Positions 47,115-57,972 of a DNA stretch of 64,000 nt are shown here, one piece after another; within the stretch, counting starts at the first letter, position 1, and the number at the start of each line of letters is the position of its first letter. The DNA lies in NCBI GenBank assembly GCA_964503485.1, contig CAZDBH010000004.1, positions 56 through 64,055 on the forward strand. The letters are read 5' to 3'. The position numbers and the translations under genes are program-made. The notes beneath the pieces are model-generated. The model worked only from the letters and a program-made list of their open reading frames with translations, searched no databases and was not told the origin of the DNA. The stretch is from an uncultured Bradymonadales bacterium (GTDB lineage Bacteria > Myxococcota_A > Bradymonadia > JAFGEP01).

Positions 47115-47752
47115 CGATTCGAACTACACCCGTCGATTGCGTCGAGCAGGTCGTTTACCACGCGGGCTGGGTGTTTGGACAAGCAAATCGCTCCCAGCAC
47201 CGCAACACCGTGCGCACCAGCCGTAAGACACGCTCGCACTCTCTCGTTCTGCGCTCCTCCCAGGGCATAGACCGGCAGAGTCGATGCAGTACATATCTCG
47301 GCCAGCTTCTCGATTCCGAGGGGCGGGCGCGCTTTCGCTTTGTGACTCGTGGGCGTCCAGATCGGACTCAGTGTAACGTAACCGCACCCAGCGGCCTCTG
47401 CTGCTGCGACTTCCTCGAGCGAATGGCACGACCGTCCACGGATTCCACTCCTCGAGCTCGGCGCCAGCATCCAGCTGGTTTCATGAACATTGTCAGTGGC
47501 CTCGAGCAGACCAATTTGTGTCGAACCAAAGACCACGGTGGCCTCAGTATCTCGGGCGAGGTGACGGAGCGAAGCGATGTGTTTCGAGGCGACATCTGGC
47601 TCCGCAGAATGGTTCCTGTACCAGATGAAGCGCGCCCCAGCTGCCACAACCTCGGCGGCGAGCATCAACGGATCGCAGTCCGCTTTTTGGCACGTGGGCA
47701 CATCGAGAACAACCAAGAGCCGACTGGCTGTTTGAAGAGGACTCGTAAACAC
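47111..47752 (-). CDS. thiE: Thiamine-phosphate synthase family protein (ThiE/TenI)
   Basis: RSCHSLEE, YVTLSPIW, PVYALGG, GAHGVAV; follows thiG. Track start 47809; GTG 47752 avoids overlapping thiG. A TenI role cannot be excluded. Confidence 0.7.
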   Translation of the reverse strand: MFTSPLQTASRLLVVLDVPTCQKADCDPLMLAAEVVAAGARFIWYRNHSAEPDVASKHIASLRHLARDTEATVVFGSTQIGLLEATDNVHETSWMLAPSSRSGIRGRSCHSLEEVAAAEAAGCGYVTLSPIWTPTSHKAKARPPLGIEKLAEICTASTLPVYALGGAQNERVRACLTAGAHGVAVLGAICLSKHPARVVNDLLDAIDGCSSNR

Positions 47753-47756
47753 CGGC

Positions 47757-48545
<789 letters not shown>

Positions 48546-48752
48546 CTAGCCCCCCTGCACAGCGTGTACAATCTCAACTTGGTCATCCGCCGAGAGAGCC
48601 GTTTCGCCCCATCGTGAGCGGGGCACGACCTCGTCGTTCACTGCTACAGCGATCCCTTTTCGGTCGGCTGAGATCCCCATCTCGGCGAGCAGACCGGTCA
48701 CCTGTATGGAATCGCTGATCTCTCTGACTTCGCCGTTTATCCTGACTTTCAT
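48546..48752 (-). CDS. thiS: Sulfur carrier protein
   Basis: 68 aa, IAVAVNDEVVPR, C-terminal VQGG. Confidence 0.96.
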   Translation of the reverse strand: MKVRINGEVREISDSIQVTGLLAEMGISADRKGIAVAVNDEVVPRSRWGETALSADDQVEIVHAVQGG

Positions 48753-49883
48753 TCACACACTCATGTTGGCTCGGCTCGACAGACGAGCTGGGGAAAACGG
48801 GACCACCGATTCGGGCAGCCGACCTTCGTGCACCAAAGACGTGATCGCCGCGGAGGTAATCGGTGCTAGGAGAAGCCCGCTGTCACCATGGCCGGTGGCG
48901 TATAGCAATCCTGGCGTCTCGCTTTCGCCGATCAACGGCATATCATCGGGTGACGTGGCGCGGAACCCACAGCATGTCTCCATCACCGGCAGCTCGTATA
49001 TCCCGGGGATGAGCTCATAGGCTCCGCTCAATAGTTGGTGGAGTCCGCCAGCAGTGATGTCCCTCTCGAATCCAGCTTCCTCGCTCGTGGCTCCGATCAG
49101 CAAACGACCGTCGGAGCGGGGCACGCAGTACACGCGCTGGCCGCGAATCGTATGAGTGACGAGCGGATGTTCTGCATCCATTTGAATCGCAACCATCTGT
49201 CCCTTCACCGGGCGAATCGGAGGCGCACCTTGTGGAATACTCAGAATCTGGTTCGACCAGGCGCCAGCGGCGATGATCACGAGTTTAGTGTGGAGGATCT
49301 CGTCGTCGAGTTGGACTCCCGTGACCTTTCCATCTTCCACCAACACAGCGTGGACGGCGGTCTGCTCCAAGATCTCACCACCGCAAGCCTTCACTGCGGT
49401 GGCCATCGCTGAAAGAAAGAGCCGCGAGTCGACGCGATGATCGTGAGGGGTGTGGACGGCCCCTACGGTGCGGTGACTCAACATAGGCTCGAGGTCGTGG
49501 CAGCCTTCTCGCTTCATCCAGCGGGAATCCAAGCCCAAGGCCTTCTGAAACCTATTGAACTCCCTGAGTTTCTTGGCTTCCTCGGCGTCCAAGGCGACGA
49601 CCAGCGTACCCGTCGTGTCGTAATCAACCGAGAAGCCTGCTCGGGCCTCCAGTTTCGTGACAAACTGAGTGAAGAGTCGAATGCTCTGGAGTCCGAGACG
49701 CGTCATGTCGGTCTCGGTGGTCTCGACAGCGCGTACCGGACACAGCATTCCGCTTGCGGTAGATGAAGCCTCGCTTCCGGCGCGTCCTCTGTCGATGACG
49801 GCCACGTTTAACCCGGACTCGAGCAGGGTCCAACCAATCGAGAGACCGATCGCCCCGGCCCCAACAACGATCACGTCATGCAT
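48753..49883 (-). CDS. thiO: Glycine oxidase
   Basis: VVGAGAIG, AS..ASGML, PVKGQM, PRSDGRLLIGAT, GFRATSPD.MPLIG; context thiO-thiS-thiG. Track start 49970; likely ATG 49883. Confidence 0.9.
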   Translation of the reverse strand: MHDVIVVGAGAIGLSIGWTLLESGLNVAVIDRGRAGSEASSTASGMLCPVRAVETTETDMTRLGLQSIRLFTQFVTKLEARAGFSVDYDTTGTLVVALDAEEAKKLREFNRFQKALGLDSRWMKREGCHDLEPMLSHRTVGAVHTPHDHRVDSRLFLSAMATAVKACGGEILEQTAVHAVLVEDGKVTGVQLDDEILHTKLVIIAAGAWSNQILSIPQGAPPIRPVKGQMVAIQMDAEHPLVTHTIRGQRVYCVPRSDGRLLIGATSEEAGFERDITAGGLHQLLSGAYELIPGIYELPVMETCCGFRATSPDDMPLIGESETPGLLYATGHGDSGLLLAPITSAAITSLVHEGRLPESVVPFSPARLSSRANMSV

Positions 49884-49905
49884 ATCAACCCTCTCAGCCA
49901 CCTGT

Positions 49906-50997
49906 TCAGGTAGGCCAATAGTGCACCACCACCAGCTCAACCATGAGGTTGCACGCTGCGTGATAAACAATTGACGCGCCTATTCCGCCGGTCCTATCTC
50001 TCAACCAGCCAAATGCCAGAGAGGGTAAAAACACAGATAGGCGCCTCGGGTCAAACCCAATGAAGAAATGTCCGAGCGCAAACATCAAACTGGTGATGAT
50101 AATCGGTGCGCTGGTGTGAAACGGCCCCAGGCGATATTTTCGTGTGAAGACCTCATTTAACCGCCCCTGCAAGTAGCCGCGATAGAAAAACTCCTCGGGC
50201 AGAGCAATCAGCAGTAGCTGAACGAGGAGAGCCAGGGGGATCCAGGTCCAGGAACGCTCAATTGTGACCGATCCGCCGTCGATCTCAGCCCCCGGGGCGA
50301 CGATGCTCGGAACCTGATCGTCACGCGTCACATGGATGGTGAGGCTGTTTCCGTCTCGTGCCCAAAAGACGACCTGATGATCTCCTCCGCCAGTTTGGAT
50401 TTGCCAACTCGCGAGACCACCCTCGTCGGGTACCACTGTCGGTCGAACCCCGCTGCGGTAATAGAGGTCGGCATCCGAGGTCACTTGCAAGTTCCAATCA
50501 CCCGCCCCGTGCCACTCGGCGATCAGGCTTCGCTGGCGGCGCCAAAAGAAGAATCCGGAATCTGGACTCACTGGCTCCTGGCGAAGCCGCTCGGGCCACG
50601 CGAGATAGTTCGATGCACTGACCTCTGGTTCGTGGTCAAAGGCCACCACCTCCCAAATGTGAAAACCCACAAGAAACGGAACAAATGTCAGAAGGGCGAT
50701 CAACAGCCCAACAGCGATGTGCTTCGGTGCGCCTTTCAGGGTGAGGCCGTAATCGATCGCGTCCTTTCGGCGGCGGCGCAGAACCTCGATTGGCAAGTAG
50801 AGGAACACGAGGGCGACTAGCCCGAGTGCGTTTTCGCCGATCCAACCGACGACTCCCCCGAGAGCCACGATGCCCGCGGTAAGAAACACACTGAGTGCAA
50901 ATACACTCCAGACTTCCCGCTTGATGGACCTCTTCGTCGATGGCTGTGATTCTGTTTGCACGCTTCGGCGGTTACATCGGCTGAGCCCCGGATACAA
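49906..50997 (-). CDS. CPBP-family intramembrane glutamic protease, myxosortase-like
   Basis: PEEFFYRGYLQ, FALGH, RLSVFLPSLAFGWLR.RTG, YHAACN; multiple TM helices; ~130-aa soluble insert. The true start may lie slightly downstream of 50997. Confidence 0.82.
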   Translation of the reverse strand: MYPGLSRCNRRSVQTESQPSTKRSIKREVWSVFALSVFLTAGIVALGGVVGWIGENALGLVALVFLYLPIEVLRRRRKDAIDYGLTLKGAPKHIAVGLLIALLTFVPFLVGFHIWEVVAFDHEPEVSASNYLAWPERLRQEPVSPDSGFFFWRRQRSLIAEWHGAGDWNLQVTSDADLYYRSGVRPTVVPDEGGLASWQIQTGGGDHQVVFWARDGNSLTIHVTRDDQVPSIVAPGAEIDGGSVTIERSWTWIPLALLVQLLLIALPEEFFYRGYLQGRLNEVFTRKYRLGPFHTSAPIIITSLMFALGHFFIGFDPRRLSVFLPSLAFGWLRDRTGGIGASIVYHAACNLMVELVVVHYWPT

Positions 50998-51174
50998 GCT
51001 TTTCGCTCAAACTGTGGGTCAAAACGCGTGCAATACTGGTCAAGCATAGGAATGAATGGGTATCATTACCTGATTAATCTGATGTACAAGAAGAGTATTG
51101 TGCAGCTAGATCTGTCTGGTGGTCAGTCTCTGGGATATCGACTGCGTCCAGTTCTCAACAAGGAAAGAAAATAG

Positions 51175-54100
51175 ATGAAGCTCAACTGTCCGAAATGTTC
51201 CACAGAGCATGAGGTGGATGAAGCAACCCTATCTCTCACTGGCGGAGAGATCGTGTGCTCTCAATGTAGCAACGTGTTTTCTGCCGATACAGCCGGGGGC
51301 GGGAAAGCCGACCCTTCAGTCGTCGGCCGATTGAAAGGGGTCACAGTGCTCGGCAACGCCGGGCAAGATGACGCGGAGCGCTATTACATCCAGAGAAAGA
51401 GCGGAAAGGTCTTTGGACCCTTCGAAAAGGCGCTGATTCGACAGATGATCGAGGGCGGAAAGCTGTCGGGTAACGAGGGCGTTTCCAAGGACAAGTCAGT
51501 TTGGATTCCCATCCTTTCCGTGGCGGACTTTGCCTCGTTGTTCCGGGATCGCTCGCAGCACGACCCGAATCCGGCGACTCAACCCCTCGGATTTCACGAC
51601 GCAGTAAACAGCGCCAGTCAAAGCGGTTCTGGGGTGTTTCAATCACCAGAATCCAGTGGTTTCTCCATTACTGGTCTCATCAACGAGAACGAAGCGAATA
51701 CGAGCAACAACCCGTTCGCCAACACAAAGCTGAGTGATCCGAACCTGTTTGGTCCCGAGGGCTCGGGCAAACATCAGATGCCCTCATTGAAGGACATCCC
51801 GATTCCCGATTCGGTCGATTTCGATATGTCCGGCTTTCCCGGACTGAAGACCGGTACCTTCGAGCAGCCCGCTGACTCATCACGGCAATCGACCTTGCCC
51901 GACACCTTCAGCGAGTCGCTTCCGATTCCCAAGTCGAGTGCGATCCCGGAACTGCCAAAACCGAAGAGTGGTGTGGGATTCGGCGGACCGGACAGCGTTC
52001 CCCAGCTACCCAGACCCAAATCTGGAGCCGGCTTTGGGGCCGAGCCCTCATTGCCCGAGTTACCACGCCCGAAGAGCGAGTTTCACGCCTCGCCGAGCTC
52101 GATGCCCGAACTGCCGCGCCCGGGTCGAACAGGGCTTCCGACACCGAGTTATGCCGGCGGTCAAGAACTACCGGGAACGCCAAAACAGGGCGCTGGCCCC
52201 TTGCCAACGCGCAAGATCGACTTCGACTCCCTGCCGCTCGCATCGGGCGGACAAGCGACCAAACAGGGCCTGCCCACTCGGCGTTACGATAGCGAGCTGG
52301 GTGCGGAGTTTTCCTCACCGATGGCCTTTGGCGGATCACCGATGCCTGGCTCGCAGGCCGACGAATCCCTGCCCTTGCCAGACGTTGATTTCGCGGCTTC
52401 GGGGTTTGATCTGGGGCTTGATGGGAGCGCCGAACACGAGCGCGTTCCCAGCATGGACTTTCCTGGTGCCGAGCCTTCCCTGCGCCTACCGTCATTCGAC
52501 GTCGACGCACTCGAGGACAGTGCCGGCCCTGCCGAAGCGAAACCGTCCGAGACCAAGACAAAAGCCACCGCGAAGCCTGCTAAGGGTGCGAAGCCCAAGA
52601 AGTCAAAGCGGCGAGAAAAGCGAACAAGGGCGAAGACTCAGAGCAAGAGTCGAGTCTATCTACTCGGTCTCTTGGGTTTGGTCGGCGTCGGTGCACTGGC
52701 TATTGCACTGTTCGGCGACAGCGATGAGCAGCCGGCTGAGACCGAAATGCCTGTGCAGGGCGACCGGCCCGAACAGACCGGAGGAATCGTCGCAGTTAAC
52801 CCGCCCGACCTGGCCGGATTGTTCGGCGGTAACTTCGGGGACTACTCCGCTTTTGTCGAAGAAGCGGCCAACATCGCTAACATGAACGAGAACAGGCACA
52901 CTGAATCAGTTGCTGTACTCGTCGTGGGTCAGGCGCTGATGGCGATCCAATACGGTTCTGATGGTCGGGGAACCGATGACATTGCCCATCGCGCTTCATT
53001 CCTGGGACCCAATGAGGACCCGCGGCAGGCCCTCGCCCGAGGCGCGGAGTTCGCGCGCCAGGGTAACCTGATCGAAGCCCAAGCTGTGCTCGAGCCGTTG
53101 TATCTAGGGGACGACGCCCACTGGGCTCATCTCTTCACCGGACTCGCCGAGATTCAGCGGTATCGCAACGCCGTGGTCGCCTTCGATTCGAATGTGCCGA
53201 TCGCTCCCGAGCCCGTAGAGGAAGTCACCCCTGACCCGGCTCCCGAGGAGGGCGAGGAAGCTGAAGGCGAAGAAGCTGAAGGCGAAGACGGGGATGATAC
53301 CGCTGTCGCTGACGCCAACGATGAGGCGGCGGACGGCGAAGCTGAGGAGCAGGTCGCAGAGGACACGGCGCCCGTACTGGTCGAACCACCAGTTCTCGCT
53401 CCGATTGCAGCCGAGAGCTTGGAGACTGCAGCCACGTTGGAACCGCGACTGGCGTCTGCTGCTTTCTTCCTTGCCGTTTGCGCTGAGTTGCGCGGCGAAA
53501 CCAGTGAGGCCATCGCCCTGTATTCATCGGCCGTTGATCGCTTTCCGGGACACATCCCCAGTCAGTTGGCGGGTAGCCGTCTACTGGTGGCTACGGGCGA
53601 ATTCGAGGATGCTGCGGGGCGGCTTGCGTTGCTAGCGGACACGCATCGGGACACGACGACCGCAAACGAACGTTCAGAAATCCAGTTCCTTCTCGGTGAA
53701 TCAGCGATGGCTCGACGCCGATTTGAACGTGCGGTGGAAGCCTACCAACAGGCGCTCATTGAAGACAAAACGAACGATGAGGCGTTGTGGGCCTACGTGT
53801 ATTTGCAGGAGCGTCTGCTTCGATTCACCACCGGCCTCGTCTTTCTACGTGAAAGGGTGAGCCGTGGAGATCAGGACGTCGAGTATATCCTCGCCCGTTC
53901 CCTACTCGAGGCAAGCGAGGCCGACCATAGCACCGAACCCGATACGGACAACATTCAGGTCACCATCGAGACCGTCAGCGCATTGGCGGCCGCAAATCCG
54001 GACGACGCGCGGTTGCACTACACGCTTGGGCGTCTCCGTCAGGCCGACGGAAGATTCGATTTGGCGGCGGGTGAGTATGAAGAGGCTATCAACCTCGCGC

Positions 54101-55380
54101 CTGATATGCGCACCGCCTATTTGCAGCTGGTCGAGCTCGCCGAAATGCAGAACGACCTGGAACTGGCGATGGAACGGCTCAATGACGCCCTCGACCGAGG
54201 AGAACCGGACTCTGAGATCGAAACCCAGCTCGCCGACGCGTTCATCCGTCTCGGTGACGCTGAGCAAGCCGCTGAGCACTATCGATTGGCAATCATCTAC
54301 AACCCGTACTCACTGGAAGCACGCTTCGCCCTGAGCCGATATCTCATTGATCTCGGACAAGAGGAGAATCTGCTGGCCGCACTCGACCAGCTCAACTGGA
54401 TCGAGGCCGTCGGGGTGGACGAAGAGCTGCTACACTCTCTTTTCGCAGAAGCTCACTACGGCCTCGGCGATCTCCCCTCCGCTCAGCAACGAATGGACCG
54501 CGTCACCGCCGACGAGGTCGAAGGGGTGCGCAACTCGGCTCACCTCTACCTCATCGGTAGAATCAACTTTGACCTGGGGATCATTGCCTTGGAAGAAGGA
54601 CGTGTGGACGAGTCAAACGAGCGCTTCCAAACAGCAGAAACCAGTTTCGACAACGCCTTCACGCACGGCCGCAGCACGGCCGATACACGCTACTGGCAGG
54701 GCCGTTCCTTGATCCAACTCGGCCAGTTCTCTGATGCTGACCGTACCTTGCGAACAGCCATCACACTGGCCACGAGCGAACAGTTCGAGCGGGGTGCATT
54801 CTACTACTACCTAGGCGACGCGCTGATTCGCGCGGACAGTCACGATCAAGCGCTTGATGCGTTTCAGGCCGTCGACCGTATCGATCTGGCGTGGGCCATG
54901 GCCAACCCAGAGGTCTTCTTCCGACGAGGTCAACTCAACCTGCGAACTCAACACCGATTCGAGGCTGAGAGAGACCTCCGATGGATGTTGATGTTGGAAC
55001 CGAAACGGGCCGACGCAGCCGCAACTCTCGCCAAAGTCTACGCCGATCTGAGGGAGTTCGATAAGGCGATAGCCTACTACCAACGTTCGTTGGAACTCGA
55101 ACCCGATAACGCCACAGCACACAATCAGCTCGGGATGCTGTACAATCGGCTGGAAATGAAGCAGGAGGCGGTCGTCGAACTCGAGGCAGCTTATCGCTTG
55201 GGATACGCAGAGTTTGACCCGGCACTCCATCGGGTGTTGGGCTATCTGTATAGGGACTTCGCCCGGAGAGGAGAAGCGGTGGAGCACCTTCGACTGTACG
55301 TTCGAGAAGCCCGTTTGGTCGAGGGAAGCCCCGAGGCTCTTGAGATCCATAATCAAATACGGAGGCTTGGAGGACGCTAG
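51175..55380 (+). CDS. Zinc-ribbon/GYF-like/Pro-rich/TM/TPR protein
   Basis: CPKC-x22-CSQC (MJ0042-type ribbon); FGPF..I..MI..GKL...VS...W (GYF_2-like); one TM; long TPR array. Confidence 0.85.
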   Translation: MKLNCPKCSTEHEVDEATLSLTGGEIVCSQCSNVFSADTAGGGKADPSVVGRLKGVTVLGNAGQDDAERYYIQRKSGKVFGPFEKALIRQMIEGGKLSGNEGVSKDKSVWIPILSVADFASLFRDRSQHDPNPATQPLGFHDAVNSASQSGSGVFQSPESSGFSITGLINENEANTSNNPFANTKLSDPNLFGPEGSGKHQMPSLKDIPIPDSVDFDMSGFPGLKTGTFEQPADSSRQSTLPDTFSESLPIPKSSAIPELPKPKSGVGFGGPDSVPQLPRPKSGAGFGAEPSLPELPRPKSEFHASPSSMPELPRPGRTGLPTPSYAGGQELPGTPKQGAGPLPTRKIDFDSLPLASGGQATKQGLPTRRYDSELGAEFSSPMAFGGSPMPGSQADESLPLPDVDFAASGFDLGLDGSAEHERVPSMDFPGAEPSLRLPSFDVDALEDSAGPAEAKPSETKTKATAKPAKGAKPKKSKRREKRTRAKTQSKSRVYLLGLLGLVGVGALAIALFGDSDEQPAETEMPVQGDRPEQTGGIVAVNPPDLAGLFGGNFGDYSAFVEEAANIANMNENRHTESVAVLVVGQALMAIQYGSDGRGTDDIAHRASFLGPNEDPRQALARGAEFARQGNLIEAQAVLEPLYLGDDAHWAHLFTGLAEIQRYRNAVVAFDSNVPIAPEPVEEVTPDPAPEEGEEAEGEEAEGEDGDDTAVADANDEAADGEAEEQVAEDTAPVLVEPPVLAPIAAESLETAATLEPRLASAAFFLAVCAELRGETSEAIALYSSAVDRFPGHIPSQLAGSRLLVATGEFEDAAGRLALLADTHRDTTTANERSEIQFLLGESAMARRRFERAVEAYQQALIEDKTNDEALWAYVYLQERLLRFTTGLVFLRERVSRGDQDVEYILARSLLEASEADHSTEPDTDNIQVTIETVSALAAANPDDARLHYTLGRLRQADGRFDLAAGEYEEAINLAPDMRTAYLQLVELAEMQNDLELAMERLNDALDRGEPDSEIETQLADAFIRLGDAEQAAEHYRLAIIYNPYSLEARFALSRYLIDLGQEENLLAALDQLNWIEAVGVDEELLHSLFAEAHYGLGDLPSAQQRMDRVTADEVEGVRNSAHLYLIGRINFDLGIIALEEGRVDESNERFQTAETSFDNAFTHGRSTADTRYWQGRSLIQLGQFSDADRTLRTAITLATSEQFERGAFYYYLGDALIRADSHDQALDAFQAVDRIDLAWAMANPEVFFRRGQLNLRTQHRFEAERDLRWMLMLEPKRADAAATLAKVYADLREFDKAIAYYQRSLELEPDNATAHNQLGMLYNRLEMKQEAVVELEAAYRLGYAEFDPALHRVLGYLYRDFARRGEAVEHLRLYVREARLVEGSPEALEIHNQIRRLGGR
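51940..52125 (+). repeat. Four degenerate P[EQ]LP[KR]P(KS) peptide repeats
   Basis: IPELPKPKS..VPQLPRPKS..LPELPRPKS..MPELPRPG, spaced ~18 aa apart. Confidence 0.7.
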
Positions 55381-55397
55381 GTGGGGGCCGAGCACGT

Positions 55398-57959
55398 TTG
55401 ATCGAAGTCATGATTATCTTTTACGGTGAACCGTCCGCGGAGTTCTCGAGCTCCTTGGAAGAGATCCGACCAGATTTCCTCGAGTCCTGCGTCATTGCAA
55501 CTGAGTGGTCCACGTTTGAGCGCTGTGTCGCCGAGGCAGCACCGAGCCTGGCGATCATATCGTTTGGTGCATTTGCCGAGGGCGGGCCGTCCGCGGCAAT
55601 TGAGACTCATGAGTTCCTCCTGGAACGAGAGATTCCTTCAATCGTACTGATCAGCGAGGGAAGCACCCAAGAGCGCCGGATTGCCGAATTGGTCGCGGGG
55701 TTCAAGATCATTCTCGAGCCACCCTTTATCCCGGCCGAACTCGAGAAGGCGCTGACGAACGCGCTCAACCCAGCCGAATTCGTGCGCGCAGGGCTATCTG
55801 AGAGCGGTGACTATTCTGCTGTCACCATCGCCGACATCGCCGACCGTGGCCTCGGAGAGGAAGAAGAGGAGTTCTTCGACCAAGAGCACAAGGTGGGAGA
55901 TACCGACCAGGTCGGTCATCCCGTGATTGGGGTCCCGCGACCGCCCACCGGCAGCGAAGAAGTCCAGCTCGATATGTCGGAACTTCCACCCGATCCGCCG
56001 ACCGCAGAACCAGTGGATAGCGAACCTGCTCCTTATCTGGGCGAGGCTGAAGACGAGGGGGAAGTCTCATTTGGTGATAGCTTAGAGGTCAGAGACTGGA
56101 CCGACACGGTCTACTCGCCCCCTCCGACTACGGACCAAGGGCGCGAGAACCGAGTCGCTACTCCTGTTGCCGATACACCTGTCTCGCTGGAACCCGCTGC
56201 GCCGGCTGAGCCAACCTCAACTCCGGTGGCTCACGCCAAGTTGGCAGTCAAGCTCCCAACCCTGATCAAAGGGAAATTGAATGAGGTCCCGGCACTGAGG
56301 CTTGTTTTTGGACATCACGTGCTGGGGCATACGGGTCGACTCGTATTGAAGATGGGGAGAATCAGTCGCGAGATCGCGTTCAAGGACGGCGTACCCGGTC
56401 TGCTTGATCTGCGAATCATCGACCCGGCCACCCGCAATCGAGTCATCGCTAGCCTGGTCTGGAGTAGTGGTCGATATAGCTTCTTCGAGGAGCCGGTTCG
56501 GGCCAATCAATTCTGTCCTTTTGGAGACATTCTCGAAATCGTGCACAGCGCGATTCATCAGGGCATGAGTCTCAATCAGGTGCTCACACCCCTCAGCGGC
56601 AGTCTAAAGCGCTTTCCAGTCGTCACCACACGAGTCCAGGCCAACAGTGAGAGTGTGGCCGTGCTGCCAGGTGTCGCACAGTTTCTCAATCGTTGTGGCA
56701 CGAAGAATCTCGAAGGCATCGCGGGCACGATGACCGACGCGATGGAGACGAGTCTCAAGAACGCTCTGTTCTGCGACTATGCGGGGTTGATCGCATTTTT
56801 GGACGAACCGATGGAGGGACCGGTCGAGCTTAGCTACGAAGCCGTCGATCGGTGGCAGGTCCCTTCGGAGCCGCTTCCCAAGCCCAGCCAGACCAACGAC
56901 GACGAGATCATGCAGGTTCTGACGGAGCAAGTGCGTCGCTTCCAAACTGCGACTCCCCACGAACTCTTCTCCGTCCAGGAGGGATGCGGTCGTCGAGCCG
57001 TGCAAGAGGCGTACTACCAACTCGTCAAAGACCATCATCCGGATGCCTACGCTCTGGCTCGGTCGCCAGAAGTTCAACCGATGGCGGAGATGCTGTTCCG
57101 AATGATTCGGGATGCCTACGCGAACCTGTTGAAGTTGGAAAAAAGCGACCAACCGTCGCCGGCGCCAACTGCAGATGCACGGGACACCCTCGACGACTCC
57201 AGTGCGAGCGGTGCAGGGCACTCCTACGCTTACGGCAGGGGCGAGACCACTGACCACAGTGGGTCGACGAGGATTCCCGACGAACTGCGGAGGCAAGCCC
57301 GCGAGACGCCGAAACCTCGCAATCAGAAAGAGAGCACACCGCGCCCCGAAGAGCGGCGCACTGTCGTCGGGAAACGCGACCCAAGACAGACCTCGCAGGG
57401 ACGATCTCGGCGCAGGGGACCCAGCACAACCCAGAGACGGCGACTCCAACAGACCGGAACGGGTCGGCTAATGGCCTCGATTAAGAGTGACGTGGGCGTC
57501 GATATGGACCCGCGCCAGTTGTTCAAAACTGGAACGACGTTACTGGGCTCGGGCTCGAACTCGCGTGCCCTTCAAACATTCAAAAAAGCACTCGATCAGG
57601 ACGAGAGCAACGCCACCTATCTTGCGCACTACGCCTGGGCGATGTACTTGGTAGATAACGGTGATGTGGGTAAGGCTACCAAATTACTGAAAGATGCAGT
57701 CAGGTTAGCAAAGGGATCCGATCTGGAATGGCCCGCCTTGTTTTTGGGCCATCTGTACATGGCTGAGGGTAACCCAGAAGACGGTGTCGAGAACTACCGC
57801 AAAGCGCTGACGGCCAATCCCGGCAACATTGAGGCAAAACGAAGACTGCGTCTACACGACATGAGAAACAAGGGAACGGGTAGTTTTCTTGACAAGTTGT
57901 TCAGCAAGTCCAAGAAAAAGAAAGGTTCAGGTAATAAGAGTACGAACAAAAAACGATAG
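55398..57959 (+). CDS. Multidomain J-domain protein (pseudo-receiver, DUF4388-like, DnaJ domain, TPR)
   Basis: ELFSV..AVQEAYYQLVKDHHPD (HPD motif); N-terminal receiver-like fold; C-terminal TPRs. Confidence 0.82.
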   Translation: MIEVMIIFYGEPSAEFSSSLEEIRPDFLESCVIATEWSTFERCVAEAAPSLAIISFGAFAEGGPSAAIETHEFLLEREIPSIVLISEGSTQERRIAELVAGFKIILEPPFIPAELEKALTNALNPAEFVRAGLSESGDYSAVTIADIADRGLGEEEEEFFDQEHKVGDTDQVGHPVIGVPRPPTGSEEVQLDMSELPPDPPTAEPVDSEPAPYLGEAEDEGEVSFGDSLEVRDWTDTVYSPPPTTDQGRENRVATPVADTPVSLEPAAPAEPTSTPVAHAKLAVKLPTLIKGKLNEVPALRLVFGHHVLGHTGRLVLKMGRISREIAFKDGVPGLLDLRIIDPATRNRVIASLVWSSGRYSFFEEPVRANQFCPFGDILEIVHSAIHQGMSLNQVLTPLSGSLKRFPVVTTRVQANSESVAVLPGVAQFLNRCGTKNLEGIAGTMTDAMETSLKNALFCDYAGLIAFLDEPMEGPVELSYEAVDRWQVPSEPLPKPSQTNDDEIMQVLTEQVRRFQTATPHELFSVQEGCGRRAVQEAYYQLVKDHHPDAYALARSPEVQPMAEMLFRMIRDAYANLLKLEKSDQPSPAPTADARDTLDDSSASGAGHSYAYGRGETTDHSGSTRIPDELRRQARETPKPRNQKESTPRPEERRTVVGKRDPRQTSQGRSRRRGPSTTQRRRLQQTGTGRLMASIKSDVGVDMDPRQLFKTGTTLLGSGSNSRALQTFKKALDQDESNATYLAHYAWAMYLVDNGDVGKATKLLKDAVRLAKGSDLEWPALFLGHLYMAEGNPEDGVENYRKALTANPGNIEAKRRLRLHDMRNKGTGSFLDKLFSKSKKKKGSGNKSTNKKR

Positions 57960-57972
57960 GGTCGCATAAAGA

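Noticed and set aside
50998-51174. TPP riboswitch upstream of the thi genes
   Set aside because: No CUGAGA or ACCUGAU...AGGGA core found on the minus strand.
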